Source of the DNA: the human T2T-CHM13v2.0 reference genome, Homo sapiens
Reading direction: 5' to 3' (one strand)
Assembly: GCF_009914755.1 (NCBI RefSeq)
Contig: NC_060937.1
DNA length: 64,000 bases
In this document: positions 1-13,791 of the stretch, piece by piece
How the letters are laid out: each line of letters begins with the position of its first letter
Position numbering within the stretch: position 1 is the stretch's first letter
The notes under the pieces: generated by a model
The model's input: only the letters and a program-made list of their open reading frames with translations
What the model was told of the DNA's origin: nothing
The model's database searches: none
Program-made: the position numbers and the translations under genes

Positions 1-160
1 ACAAGGCCAATAGAACACTAATGCACTCCATTTGCCATAATTCAAACAAGCTAGAACTTCTTATCTGAAGAATGCATCCTTTCAGGATTGCCTTTATAGT
101 ACCTTCCTGTTCACAATACCCTTGCCCCATGTGATAGACTCGTTGGTCTTATTTTTCCTC

Positions 161-276
161 CCAGATTCTAAGCTCCTTAAGGGCAGAGACTGGATCATTT
201 ATTCCAGTATCTGTAGTGCCAGCATAGTGTCTGCCACATAGTAGACTTCAATAACTATAAATTAAATGAATGTATG
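161..276 (+). mobile_element. L2 LINE 3' end remnant
   Basis: Matches the L2 terminus pattern: ctaagctccttaagggcagagac...tgccacatagtagacttcaataa...aatgaatg. Confidence 0.7.
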
Positions 277-2103
277 GAAGCCCAAAGCTGCACAGAGCTT
301 CATAAAGCCCCAACAGAACCTCCAAAGAGAGGCACTAGTGTTTCTTTTCAGACATAAAGGGGTCAAGTCTGATGTCACCATTGATGTATATATATGTCAT
401 TATGTTGAATTGAATTTCTGTTAACTGTAACCATGACAACAACACATCCCATTCACATGTAGAGAACAGTGAGTCGTTTGGACAAGCATCAGTGAAGGCC
501 CGGCTTCCTAAGAAAACCTTTGTGCAATATGACTCCGAGCCCCTTTTCATGAAGTGTGCTCAACAGCAGGGCCTGTTCTAAATGGCTCTCTCTTATGTGG
601 TTCATTTAACTGGTCCATGGAACCCAGAAACAAAGCTTCATTGCTTTGGATGCACTCCTTGTGAAATTATGTCTGTTTTTGCAAAGAAATGATCTTTTCA
701 TTCACAATTTTTCACTGTTGGGTAGAGAGCATGAAAGTCGCTTTCTAGAAAAGCTGATGGTGGGTAGTTAAAAAAGAAAGAATGCAGCTTCCTCCCCATT
801 GTATCTTTGGTAATTATTTTCAACTGTCATGAGCAGAAACTCAGGAAGCTGGGGGAATGGAGTCTAGAAAAAGCCCTACTGGCCAGGATCTGCTCTATGG
901 TTGCTCTCTCCACAATTAAGCTGCTCTGTAAGGGCACTCTGCAACCTCCCTGCTGTTGCTGCTTGACCTACCAGCCTCAGGCTACAGCTGAGATCCTGCC
1001 TCTGGAGTGGCTTCCATCCCTCCCACAAGGACTTGAAGAGCTTGACCAGGTACACGGTCAGACGTCTACCCACCCAACACTTGGGTCTTTGGGTAGCTGT
1101 TCTCCTTCCAGTTCACCTGTGGTGAGAGTTGACTTCTTATCTTCTCCCCATACCCTGAGGGCCTCTCACTGGAGACCAGTGTTTTCCCTCCTGCTTCCAG
1201 GTCCTCTCTGCAATCATTTGCCCATCTCCAAACCTGACTTCAGGTAACAGATTCGACTTTGCTCCAACTATCCCCAAAGCAGACCCATGAAAGTGTTCCA
1301 TTCAGGACAGTTTATTATGGCCAGGCCATCCGAATGAAACGCAACTCTCTTCGGTGATGCTTCCTTCACTATAAACGTCACAGTGTTGAGAGACTGCTTG
1401 TGTGCACGTTTCCAAGTCAGGTGAACTTTCCCTTTTGGTTCCCAGTTCCAACTCCTCAGGCAAGGACATAAGGCTGGCCAGTGATGGTCCTAAATTTATC
1501 CCCATGGGCTGAGGGGAGCAATTCTTTCCCCTCCATATCAAAATAGTCATCTAGCAGGGGTTGTGGTGACTTTAATGTGCCCTGGGCAGTAGTAGATACA
1601 GGTTCATCAGGTCTTAGTCAGTAAACAGGAAGCGCATGGTTGCAGAGCAGAGCTGGGCAGCTGCCACACAATTTTTTTCTTCTTGGCTCATGTATGAGTG
1701 TTTCTGTGGCTCCAGGTCTCTGACGGAGGCATATCGAAATCAAGAAATATTTAATGAGTCACTAATATATATTAACCACTGTAACTTAGCTTGACCAGAA
1801 AAGAAAATAGATGGGCTAGCAATGAAACATTCGGAATAAACCCTAAGCCATTACCAACTGTGGTCATTGGTCATTGGAAGAGCTGAACTGAGGTCACAGC
1901 AGGAGCCCCAGAGCAGGTTCAGGGCAGGAGGAGCCTGGGGAGGCCCCCTCCCAGCAGAAGGGCTCAGTGGTGAGCAGCCGCAGCATCCTTCAGGGGAGGG
2001 CACCCATCAAACATGACTGTGCCCTATAGAGGCGGGCCAGGGACAAGGACTGGTGAGGAGAAGGCCCTCGTTCAGTCGAAGTGAAGAAGAGAGGCAGGAT
2101 CTA

Positions 2104-2512
<409 letters not shown>

Positions 2513-4289
2513 GGGGGTTGGGGGTGGGGGATAAAGGAGGAAAATCATAGAAAAGCTGAGCTGACAAGTCTGTATTAGAGGACAAAAGCTGATGACTTGA
2601 GAGGAAGCAACTGAAGGTGTACCTGGGAGGTCACAAGCCTTTGGAGCAAGAGGTGTTACTGTGTGTGAGGATAGAGCTCTAAAGAAGGTACCTATTTTAC
2701 CCAAAGATAATTAGTCAAGGATAGTTTCCTGCTGCCAACCTATATTGGCAAATGACCAACCCCCCTCTGTTCCCTCTAAAACTCCTCTTCCCTCCTTAGA
2801 CTCCCCGCATGTAGGTTTTGCACAATGGAGAGGGCGATTGGACTTTGTTAGCAATCTGTCTCCATGGACCTTGTTGTAAACAAAGAGATCTTTAATTGGA
2901 GAGCATTTTTCCACGCAGCGGTCAATGTGACATATATGTTAACATCTTGCAACTGCTAAGCTATACAATAAAAAGAAGACATAAGGCTTCTTAGTCAAAT
3001 GTATGTTTCTTTGATCACAGTGAAATAGACAGTTTAGAGCTGTCTTTCAAGTGACTCATGTCCAAATCAATAACCCAGCCCTGGACAGAAACAATCAGGA
3101 TGGCCTCTCATCAGAAACAGGTCCATAGGGGTGAGCCAGCGGTCAACAAGTCACAGGATAAACCTGGTACAGCATAACAGGAAGGGTTGGATATATTATG
3201 GGATTAGAGGATTTACATGACATTTAAAAATAAAACACAAAACTGCAAAGAAATGTATCCTTTTAGGGGGCTGCAATAGGCCACACCCCCAGAATCCCAA
3301 GGAAAATTTGATATGCTTTGCTTATGGAAATATAAGGAAGTCTCACCTAGCTCAGAAGCCCATATTCTCATTTTCTTCACTTCCCCCCTTCATGAAAAAA
3401 ATCAAATATCATGTGTCATCACAGACAAAGAAAAAGTGCAATATCTAAATAAATACGTGAGCAACAAAAATCCAAAATACATATAGAACATAGCTGCACA
3501 CCCTCTTTCACATTAAAAAACAATTAACAGCAACCTCAGCTAACAAAGAAAAATGATACATGGGGTAATCCAGTGATCTGACAGGGCCAGGGGTGTGGTT
3601 CCTGACAATAAGGTAGGCTTTGTGGGAGGGTGTAGAGTAGCTCCAAGACGGCATGATCAAATATGAGGGCTGTAGGCTTAATATCTTCCCAGATGGCTTC
3701 AGCCTTCTTTCCTTCTTCTGTGGTCCACTGGGAGTGCAGTGGTCCAACCCTGCTTCACGCCCCTTTAGAGGAGGTTCCAGAGGCTCCCATGTTGGCAGCT
3801 CCTCTGGAAACACTGCTCCATCACATGCCCTGTGCAGATACCTGCAGGGTGCCCTGTTTCCTCCTAGATCCCACTTAAAATCCCACAATTTAGGACAACT
3901 GCCCTTCCTAGCCTTATATTACCTTCTTTTTTTAACCTTAATCTGACCAGGCCATTTGCCAGCTTTCAGCTGCTTTCTTGGATTTCTAGGCACTATGCTT
4001 TTTCCCAGGAATCTCCTCCTCCTGCCACCAGTGGGTGGCCATCCCTGCCTAGCAGAATCTGGAGCTCATTCTTTAAGGCTCAAACTCCACTACAAAGTCC
4101 TGACTAATTCTGCCTCTCCTGTGGTTCCATCACTTTGTAGCTCTATGACAGTTGTCATGTTGCTTTGGACTTTTGGTCATTTGCTCTGACACTCAAAGCC
4201 AGCAACTTGAGAGTCAGCCTATGTTTTACTTATCTTGGTATTTTCCACACTCCTTACACATATGCGCCTTTCACCTGCTACGTCTCAAT

Positions 4290-4455
4290 TTGTTTGCCTT
4301 GGACAAGTCACTACATGTAAGACTTGCTGTCCTTCTCTGTAAAATGGGTCTAATAATAATAAGTCCTTTCAGAAGGATTATCAGAATTAAGTGAATTTAT
4401 GCAAGTTCAGCATTTAGTGCACAACTTGACACATAATGAGTGTTACTTGCTACTA
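4290..4455 (+). mobile_element. MIR SINE fragment
   Basis: MIR core: ccttggacaagtcact...ctgtaaaatggg...aataataa. Confidence 0.7.
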
Positions 4456-4484
4456 GCATCAATATTTTATAAAAATAGAATTTT

Positions 4485-4789
<305 letters not shown>

Positions 4790-4879
4790 TTATTTCATGC
4801 TATAGCAGTCTCTTTCCAGCTTTTGGGACATTTCTTAATTTCCTTCCTTAGTGGAGAAAAAAGTACTTGCTATGTTTTG

Positions 4880-5040
4880 GTGTTCTTATTCCTAGCTGTG
4901 CATTGAGATCATCTTGAGCCTTTAAAGATGTTGATGCCTGAGACCCGCCCTCCAGAAACCGTCGTTCAGTGGGTGCGGTATAGCTGTGACTAATTTTTGT
5001 GGAGCATTTCTCATGCAGATCCAGGGTTGATAACCCCTGC
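4880..5040. mobile_element. MER5-family hAT-Charlie MITE
   Basis: gctgtgcattgagatcatc...gatgcctgagacccgccctccagaaac...ggttgataacccctg resembles the MER5A1/MER5B consensus. Confidence 0.55.
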
Positions 5041-5214
5041 AAATCACTAGATAGCTTACCATTTCCACCACAGGTCCCTTGGGCCCTTATTTCTCGAGTA
5101 ACAAGCTGTAATTCGGGGCAATTCAATCTCCAGAATATCCTACTATTGATACCCAGAGATGTACATTTCACCTTTTGTAACTTCACCCCTGGTCACTCCG
5201 TCCAAGCTCCCATG

Positions 5215-5730
5215 ATGACTCAGCATTCTTAATACCTCTTGGTTTTCCTTCTATTTCTGTAACAGTAAAGTACTTGTTCAGGATAACTTACTACTAAGTA
5301 ATAAAAACATGAACTAGTGGTGAGTAGTAGGGGAAGAAGAACACATAAAATCTTTCCAGCTCTCCATTTCTCATTTCTCCTCCCTAACTCATGATGAGTG
5401 GTAGGCCTGATCCCATCAGCCATGAGTGGGGAGGGCTGAGCTGAGGGCATGCATAGGAATGGCCTGGCCCCTGGGCCCACGTGAGCAACTGCACGGACAG
5501 TTGGGCTATTATAATAATAAGTCTAGGGTAATTGCTGATAGAGAGATGCAGATCCCTATTTTTTGCCCTGTAGCCGCTTAAAAACCTTTGTTCATAATTG
5601 TAGATGTAAAGCTTGTACTTCTTACTGGGCATTGGATTTCAATGGGAATTAGGCCAAAATATGGACCAGAGAATTGGCCCCACTGTGGCCAACCTGGGAA
5701 TGCTGAGTCAGTCCTGTTCTGCTGACTCAA
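5215..5730. promoter_or_regulatory. Candidate ARE/MARE (NRF2/BACH/small-MAF, AP-1) motif cluster
   Basis: ATGACTCAGCA at 5215-5225, TGCTGAGTCA at 5701-5710 and TGCTGACTCA at 5720-5729, all in non-repeat DNA; motif evidence only. Confidence 0.45.
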
Positions 5731-6993
5731 TTCTCTCTTTGAACTGCAAGACTCACAGTCTAAGCATTGAGACCAGTGGTTCTATTGCCAAGACAAAGGG
5801 GAAAAAAGGCTGATTAAATTTGAGACATGGCAGATAATGCCAAAAGGCAGAGGCAATGTGATCTCTGAAGAGAGAGAGAGACGGAATATGTGTTTTGGAG
5901 ATACGAGTATTGGAAAAATGGAAATCTCATCATAAAATGACTGCTGTGAAGCAGTTGCTCTGAGGAATCCCCCTTTACCCATGTCCTCTTAGATTCCCTC
6001 TTTCTTTGTTCCCTTAGACTCTTCTAGTTCCAGATGGTCTCTGGTGGTTGCTGTTGTTTTTCTAACAGCCCGGGTTTTTAAGTCACTTAAAAACCCACAT
6101 GAAAGGCCCATGAAATATCAAGGTGATTCTGAGGACTGGCTCCATTTGCTCCAGAGCCCGAGTTCTGGCTTAGGTAGAGGACACCCCAAGGAGACTCAAA
6201 CCACAGATCCAACTTTGAGCTGCTTCCACAAGCCCCAAAATGCCTTGAGCCTAATCCAGACAGGCTTAAAAGTTTAGCTGGACAGGATCTTGGACATAAT
6301 TTTTACAGGTTAGGAAACTAATAGCTAGAGAGGGTAAGTAAGTCACCCAGATCACATATCATGCCTGCGACAGAAACAGGACAAACACCTGCCTTCCAAC
6401 AGTCATGCACTTGCTGGGTTCCTTCTCTGAGCTGGGGAACGCCAGGCTAGCCTTAGAATGGCATGCGAGGCTGGAGAAGGAGACTGTTCCCAAGCCATAT
6501 ACCCCATGGCCCTTCAGTTTTGGGTGAATGCTTTTGAAAATTCTGTCTAGGCACCAATTACACAAACAAAACAGAAGAAGTGGAGACTGGGCGAGCCAGC
6601 CAGAGAGGACATTCTTTATGTATGAAGTCACTGGCTTTCAGTGCAAGCTACTTACAGAAACAAGGTTCTTGTGTGGACTGCCACAAGTAAGGCTCTCCAA
6701 GGCCTCTAGTTGCAGCAGAGAAAATGTGATAAATCTACAAAACGTTCTGCAGCTTTACTCAGCTCTTTAAACTCAAATATTTGTTTTGGATGAGGAAATG
6801 GCTCAGAGCATGAGCACAATCTCACCAAGTGTGTGATCCTGGTGCCACGTGGCCACAGCATGATTCAGGATTTCTCCTGCCTTAGCCACTCCTCTAACCA
6901 ACAACAGCACCTGAGTCACACTCCTGGCGTCCTTGCTGGGGCTAGGACCCACCCCTCCATTGGCAGCCTTTGTCTCCGGGGGCGCGTGCAATA

Positions 6994-7011
6994 CAGCGCC
7001 CCCTGCTGGGC
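6994..7011 (-). promoter_or_regulatory. CTCF binding motif
   Basis: Minus strand reads GCCCAGCAGGGGGCGCTG, essentially the CTCF core consensus, with its CpG retained. Confidence 0.7.
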
Positions 7012-7654
7012 ACCCTGTCCTGCTCCTCTCCAGCTGGGTTTGCCTGCCTGGACTGGCTGCCCAAATTCAAGACATGGCAGCTAATGCCATGTGCGACTTA
7101 AAGGCTCTCCGCTTCCTATTTTACAAGAGGCTCTGTCTGCTTAAAGTGCTCAGTGCCTGGTGATGCCATGTTTTTTCCTGTCGCTAGCCCCCTCAAAAGA
7201 AGGAAATTCATTTGGGAGTTGTTTGAGGTGGATGAGGACATCCTTCCTTCACATCTTTGGTGTCACTGGAACAGGTGGAATTCCTGGCTGGAGGCAGGTG
7301 ATGCTCCGGTGAGCACATCAGAGGCAGCAGCCGCAGTCTGCTCACCCTGCAGCTGAGACGGGGGAGAAGCTTCGCCAGCTGCCTCATCAAATGGAATGCA
7401 AACAGAGAGGAGAGCCCCACTTGCTCATCATGCTCCTAGCTACTCCAGCCTCGCTCCAGGGTGCTCAGGGCAAAAGAGGGCAGCCCTCTGCCAAGGAGGG
7501 CTTCCTGGTGTGTCTTTCCATGGAGGAAGGACTCCTCTGGGAAGGACTCCTGCTGGGGGACTTGGGGCATCTGGCTTGCCAGCTGTACTCAGCAAGGAGC
7601 GGCCGCAGAAAGTTCTGAGTGCTTCTTGAGGGAAAGCATAAGCCATCAGCAAAG

Positions 7655-7712
7655 AGGGAGAGAGTCAGAGCAAGAGCGAGAGCGAGCGAGAGAGAGAGAG
7701 AGAGAGAGAGAG
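7655..7712. repeat. (GA)n / GAGC purine-rich microsatellite
   Basis: gagcaagagcgagagcgagcgagagagagagagagagagagagaga. Confidence 0.9.
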
Positions 7713-8810
7713 AATGGGCCTCCCAATCTACAAAGTCCCTGCACCAGAAGTAAGGACATCAGGCTTGAGACCTTGAGGCTGCAGCTGTGCACACCCATTC
7801 CCCCAGCCACTGCTCATGCCTGCAGTTCCTGCCACAGAGAGAGGCCTTCCACCCCACAGCTGAAAATAAAACTTAAATGCACATACCCCTTTGACGGAAA
7901 AACAGTGACTTCAAAACCATCAAAACAAGAAGTCACTGATTTTAAATCCTTTACTGAGATTGATAGGGAAAAAGGATTATGCAGGAGCTGGACGTGAACC
8001 GTGGCTGCTACACAATTTGGGCTAGGGCTTACTCTTCTCTCATTAAAAAACCCTATTTATTCCACCAAAGTAGGTAGAGTTCTCCCTCTCCTCTTTGGAT
8101 TCTCTACTATATTCCTTAGTAACGTCATGAGGCTTTCTCAGGACTAAGCCTGCAAGTTGTCTATTAAGCCAGCTTTCCAGTGGGGACTGCCTAATATTGA
8201 CCAAATACTTTAGAGAGTCATATCATCTGTGAGCTGGCAGAGATCCAGAACTCCAGTCTAGCACTCACATTTTACAGACAAGGAAGCCAGTGCCAGGGCC
8301 TTAGCCTGGTTTCACAACTCTTTCTCTGGTTCTCTTGGTGACTGACAACAAAACGACGCCTCCCTATTCTGGTGTGGCTTGGGCTTCTGGCTGCTGGCAC
8401 AGGAATAGCCAAAATCCTTCCTTTCAAGCTTTCTGTGTAATGGAAACCCTGCTTGACTAATTAGGGCCCACCTCTCTCAAACTCCTGAATCACTGGCATT
8501 CATTAAAGATAGAAAAGCATTTTATCCCCCTAATGAAGGAGAACTGGAATAACATAGATGAGTCACACACACTGAAAACTGTCATGATATTCAAGAAAGG
8601 TGACCTTCTCTCACACCTGCAGACCTGGGAGGGTGGATTGAAATCTACATCCAGTTTTCTCCTTGGGCTCTGACTGGCAGGAGGGTTTGTTGCTTGTTTT
8701 TTTTTCTTTTTTCTCCAGTTCCTTGTAGTAGGATGGAGATGTGGGTTCTGTTTTATGAGGTGTGGATTGCGTGGGCTGATGGCGTGGAGGAGGAGACTAG
8801 AAGAAAAGCA

Positions 8811-9121
8811 ATACACACACACACACAGAAACACACACATACCGCCCCCACACACATTAATGCATACACACAAACCCCACAAAAACACACATGCAGAGAT
8901 ACACATGCACACACTCATACCACACACACAGACACAAACACAACCATACACTCACAACACACAAATGCACATATCAACACACACATAGACACTCTCACGC
9001 ACATGCAAACACTCAGACACATACACCCACTCACACTACACACAAACACAAATAAATATGTACTCACATTCTCTCTCACACACACTCTCTCACACACACA
9101 CTCACACACACACACATACAC
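8811..9121. repeat. Degenerate (CA)n low-complexity tract
   Basis: About 310 bp dominated by CA dinucleotides. Confidence 0.9.
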
Positions 9122-10272
9122 CTTTGGTTGCCACAGACCTTGGTGTTTGTTCCCACTGGCTGGCTCAGCAGAAAATGTGGCTGAGTTGTAAGACTCTGTT
9201 TTGAATGTGGGAGTTGGAAAGAGCAAAGATATTCTTCAGGTTCAGGAAGGCACCGGCCAACAGGAGCCGAAGGAGGAAGAGAGAAGAGATGATTTTCTTC
9301 CCTAAGAATAACTTTTGAAGGTGGAGCTGAATTTCACCTGTTCACCTTGGTGATGTCACTTTACCCCACTGTTTCTCAACGTGCAGTGCCTCTGATGAAC
9401 CTGATGCCAGGCCTGTGAGGTACACCTTTAGCCACTTCTATGATGCCAGTTTTTGTTGACAACACATGTTCTGAATGCACCATGGCTGGCTGACTTTGAC
9501 TGGGCAGATAGCACAAATCTCCAGTCTGAAAGTCATCATAATACTTGGAATGTTTAGAAAAGTCATAACTTAGGGGTGGTTCGTAACTTCTTAGAATTGT
9601 GCTTCCCTCAAATTATATATAAGCAGAAGAGAGCAGCTTTGGATGATGGGAGTAATTCAGGAGTAACCAGGGATCCCTAGATCTGGAAGAAGGAAGTAAA
9701 GTTAGTGCTTTCTTCAAAGGTTTCAATATTTCCTTATATTTTAGTGCAGCTTAAATCCAAAATCATAACTAAGGATATCTTTGCTATGGGAAATAGCTTG
9801 TTAAATGGATGCTGTTGGCCAATTTAAAAAGAATGACATGAAATGATTCCACAAGCTGCAGATCTACAGATGGGAATTAGATTGGGTATTCTGATTTAAG
9901 GAAACAAATTTGAGAGAAAAAGAATTCCATTTTATTGCAAAATTAGAGTTGAATAAATCAGGTAGGTAATGAAAGATTCAGGGAAAGATGATACTTCTAA
10001 AAACAAAGTTCTACAATCTCCAACCCAGATTTCACAAGCCCCCAGGATTGTTTCAATTTTGTCAGTGGGCTTAAAGAACTTATCCAAAAATTCTTAAAAT
10101 AACATTAAATCCTTTAAAGTATTTTGTAAGATGTAAGAGTGCCATTGTAAAAAAGAGAATAGGGATTATTATGACATCCAACTAATTATGGGATACTGCA
10201 AGCACCAGAAGTGTAGTCATTGCTGAATTAGTTTCTGAACTTCCAACTCAGAACAGATCTGGATTTGCTCTA

Positions 10273-10626
10273 CAGGGTGTGCATCTCTTATCAGATTTGG
10301 AATATATATATATATATATATATTGGATTTTGGAATATTTGCATATACATAATGAGGTATCTTGGTGGTGGGACCCAAGTCTGAACAAACACGAAATTCA
10401 TTTATGTTTCATATACATCTTATGCACATGGCCTGGAGGTAATTTTATACAATATTTTAAATGAGTTTGTGCCTGAAACAAAGCTTTGACTGTGTTTTAG
10501 CTGCCATCTGTCACCTAAGGCCAGGTGCGGAATTTTCCACTTGTGGTGGCATGTTGGCAACCAAAAAAGTTTTAGATTCTGGATAATTTTGGATTTCAGA
10601 TTTTTGGATTAGGGATGCTCAACCTA
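10273..10626 (+). mobile_element. Tigger4b (Zombi/MER46) TcMar MITE
   Basis: Termini cagggtgtgcatc...gatgctcaacct flanked by TA; internal gaggtatcttgg..gggacccaagtct and ggaattttccacttgtgg; internal (TA)n. Confidence 0.85.
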
Positions 10627-11247
10627 TATTACTTTAAGGAGCAGTATTGCTGCTCCAAACAGGGTGGTCTTCTCTGTGGGAGTCAGAGAGATTATAGATA
10701 TTTGGTGCTTTAAGTCCCATTAAGTTGGGCTACTCTTTCAGAAATAAATGATCTCAATTAGTATAATCTCCATAAAGTGACACCACTTGCTCATGAAACT
10801 CATTTTCTTTTAACCAAATGTCCCCCAAGTGCTTTAAAATCATTAGTAGGTTGCTGAATGAGAATGCAGGGAAGGAACTAGCACCTAATACTTCTATGTT
10901 CTTTATGGACTTTTCTCTTTCCAGAAATAAAAGCATTGCCTACTTTCCTGTGAACTACATTTGTGTTGAGAATTAGTTCACAATGAAAAGTGCTAAGCAT
11001 TACTATATCCCCTGTAGTAATAACACAGGTGTTATAGACACAACCATGGTGTCCAAATGAGGACCAGCAGAAGAGAGAACCAAAAAATGCATGGATGTGG
11101 GGGCATGGCAGAGAAGTTGAAATGAAGTTTCTGGGGAAACTGGATTTTATCCCTATATTTCTTTATGTATTCAGTTTAGTCTATCAAAAAGGAGCCCTGC
11201 AAATAAATTTTCTTCATAAAAAAAGCTGATTAGAAAAGGCCATTTTA

Positions 11248-11643
<396 letters not shown>

Positions 11644-11860
11644 TCACTTGAGATAACCAGAAACCTTGTTAAACCTGAGAGGCTGATTTTGTCTGGGATA
11701 CAAAGATTAGAAAGCATTAGACCAGGAAGGACTTCATTTGAACCTGCCTGAAGACACATTTCAGTTCTGTTAACCAGAACTGTGCATTCTTCAACCAGAA
11801 GCACAATGGGAAATGGGGAGGAGGGAGGAAGGGAGCCTGGACGGAGGGAAGAGACCTACC

Positions 11861-12440
11861 TGCCTTAGCCTGACTTCCCTAGAAAGCAGAGCCTGAGGCA
11901 AAGTATGTGTGCTATTTCTAGATTGGGGAGTGCCTTCCTAAGGACAGAAGAGTGAGGGAAGAGGGGAGCAAGGCAGAAAAAGAGGGAGAGCCAATAATGG
12001 GTAACTGAGCTCGCTACTGCTGGATTTTCAGCTCAATCGATGATGCAATCTTGCAGGTCCATCTTCTGACAGGCCATGTGAATGGCTGCATCTCAGGACA
12101 GCCCTTCTGTGGGAAAAGAGGGATACAGTTTAGCCATTTGCTGCATTCGTCTATGGGTCAAAGGTTGGCACGGCAGGTGGTGATGCCCCTTGCTTCTGGT
12201 TGGACACAGGTAGACACTATGTGGTCCGTGGATGTCTCACGACAGAGCTCAACAGAAAAGCCCCAGGCTGGAGGCGAGGCACTAAGCAGTTGCTCATGCA
12301 TGCCTAGGATGGGAGGCAGTTTCAAGCTCCTGAGAAGTTGGTCACAGCCCGTGCAGAGTTGCTCAGCACGCAGCAGCTGGAATAGAAAAAGGGGCCAAAG
12401 ACCTTAGAGATGTGAAACCCAGAGAATCTGAGGCATGGTA
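11861..12440 (-). mobile_element. Old ERVL LTR (LTR33-like)
   Basis: tgccttagcctgacttccctagaaagcagagcctgaggcaaag...gagggagagccaata resembles the reverse complement of the LTR33 3' end; the other boundary is approximate. Confidence 0.6.
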
Positions 12441-12534
12441 CAAACCCCTACCTAGATTTCTGTTGGAAACACAGCCTTTTCTGTCTTTGAGTATGCTCGA
12501 TACTGGGGATTGGGCATCTGCTGATGTCCATACA

Positions 12535-13355
12535 TGGTAGACTGCTTGCTGTTTCTCCAGTATTCTTTTTCCTCTTCTTAGTAATAGAGCCCCTAGGTTT
12601 TAACTGTGCACTTGACTTCACAGAATAAAGACTGACTATACATTTTCTAGCCTCCTTTGCCAATTGGTGTAACCATGTGACCTAGTTCTGACCAGCGAGA
12701 TGCAAGTGGAACTGATATATGCAACTTCTGACATGTCCTTAAATGGAAGGGACATGCTCGTCTTTGTCCCCCTCTTCATTCAGGTAGCTGGAATTCAGAT
12801 GTAATGGTTGGCACTCCAGTGGCAATTGTGGACCATGAGGTGACCTTGGGAATGGAAGCTGCATGTGGTAAGGCAAAAGTCACAAGGAGCCTGAGTCCCT
12901 GTCACTACAGAGTCACCAAACCAACCCTGAACTGCTTACTTCCAGACTTTTTACAGTGGAGAGACCTAAATTTTTGCTTTACTTAAGCGACTGCTATTTT
13001 GGGTTTCCTATTCCTTTGGCTGAACTTTTGTTGTTGTTGTTGTTGAGACAGAGCCTCTATCACCCAGGCTGGAGTGCAGCAAGTATAGTCACAACTCACT
13101 GCAGCGTTGACCTCCTGGGCTCAGGTGTTCTCCCACCTCAGCCTCCCAGGTAGCTGGGACCACAGGTGTGCACCACCACACCTGGCTAATTTTTTTGCAT
13201 TTATTGTAGAGATGGGGTTTCACCATGCTGCCCAGGCTGGTCTCAAACTCCTGGGCTCAAGCAATCTGCTCACCTCAGCCTCCCAAAGTACTGGGATTAC
13301 AGGCATGAGCCACCACACCCAGCCCCTTTGGCTGAACTTAATTCTAAATGATACA
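12535..13355 (+). mobile_element. MLT1J-like MaLR LTR interrupted by an AluJ
   Basis: ccatgtgacctagttctgaccagcgagatg...ggaccatgaggtgaccttgggaatggaagc...ggagcctgagtccct; ends taaatgataca after the Alu. Confidence 0.75.
13028..13324 (-). mobile_element. AluJ SINE
   Basis: Reverse Alu with (TTG)n tail; perfect 15-bp TSD CCTTTGGCTGAACTT at 13013-13027 and 13325-13339. Confidence 0.95.
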
Positions 13356-13419
13356 GCATTCAAAGCAGGGAGGATATAAAGGGAAGAGGGGCATAAGTAT
13401 CCACTTTTAAGAATGACTC

Positions 13420-13718
13420 GGCTGGGCACGGCAGCTCACGCCTGTAATCCTAGCACTCTGGGAGGCCGAGGCAGGTGGATCATGAGGTCAGGAGGTCAAG
13501 ACCATCCTGGCTAACACGGTGAAACCCCGTCTCTACTAAAAAATACGAAAAATTAGCCAGGCGTGGTGGCGGGCACCTGTAGTCCCAGCTACTCAGGAGG
13601 CTGAGGCAGGAGAATGGTGTGAACCTGGGAGGCGGAGCTTGTAGTGGGCCGAGATCGCGCCACTGCACACCAGCCTGGGCGATAAAGTGAGACTCCGTCT
13701 CAAAAAAAAAAAAAAAAA
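13420..13718 (+). mobile_element. AluY SINE
   Basis: Y diagnostics gagaatggtgtgaacc, ggcggagcttg and accatcctggctaacacggtg; A tail. Confidence 0.92.
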
Positions 13719-13791
13719 GACTCTCCTTTGTCTGTGTCCCACTACCCCTACCTTCTCATAGCACCTTTGACTACCCTGATGATAGTTAACA

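Noticed and set aside
335-1550. Short ORFs at the window start as possible exons
   Set aside because: No recognisable protein similarity or consistent splice-site pairs.
7461-7997. 178-aa ORF with ER repeats
   Set aside because: Non-ATG start; the ER run is the (GA)n microsatellite; no recognisable homology.
8490-9226. His/Thr- and Cys/Val-rich ORFs
   Set aside because: Artefacts of the CA-rich tract, which lacks stop codons.
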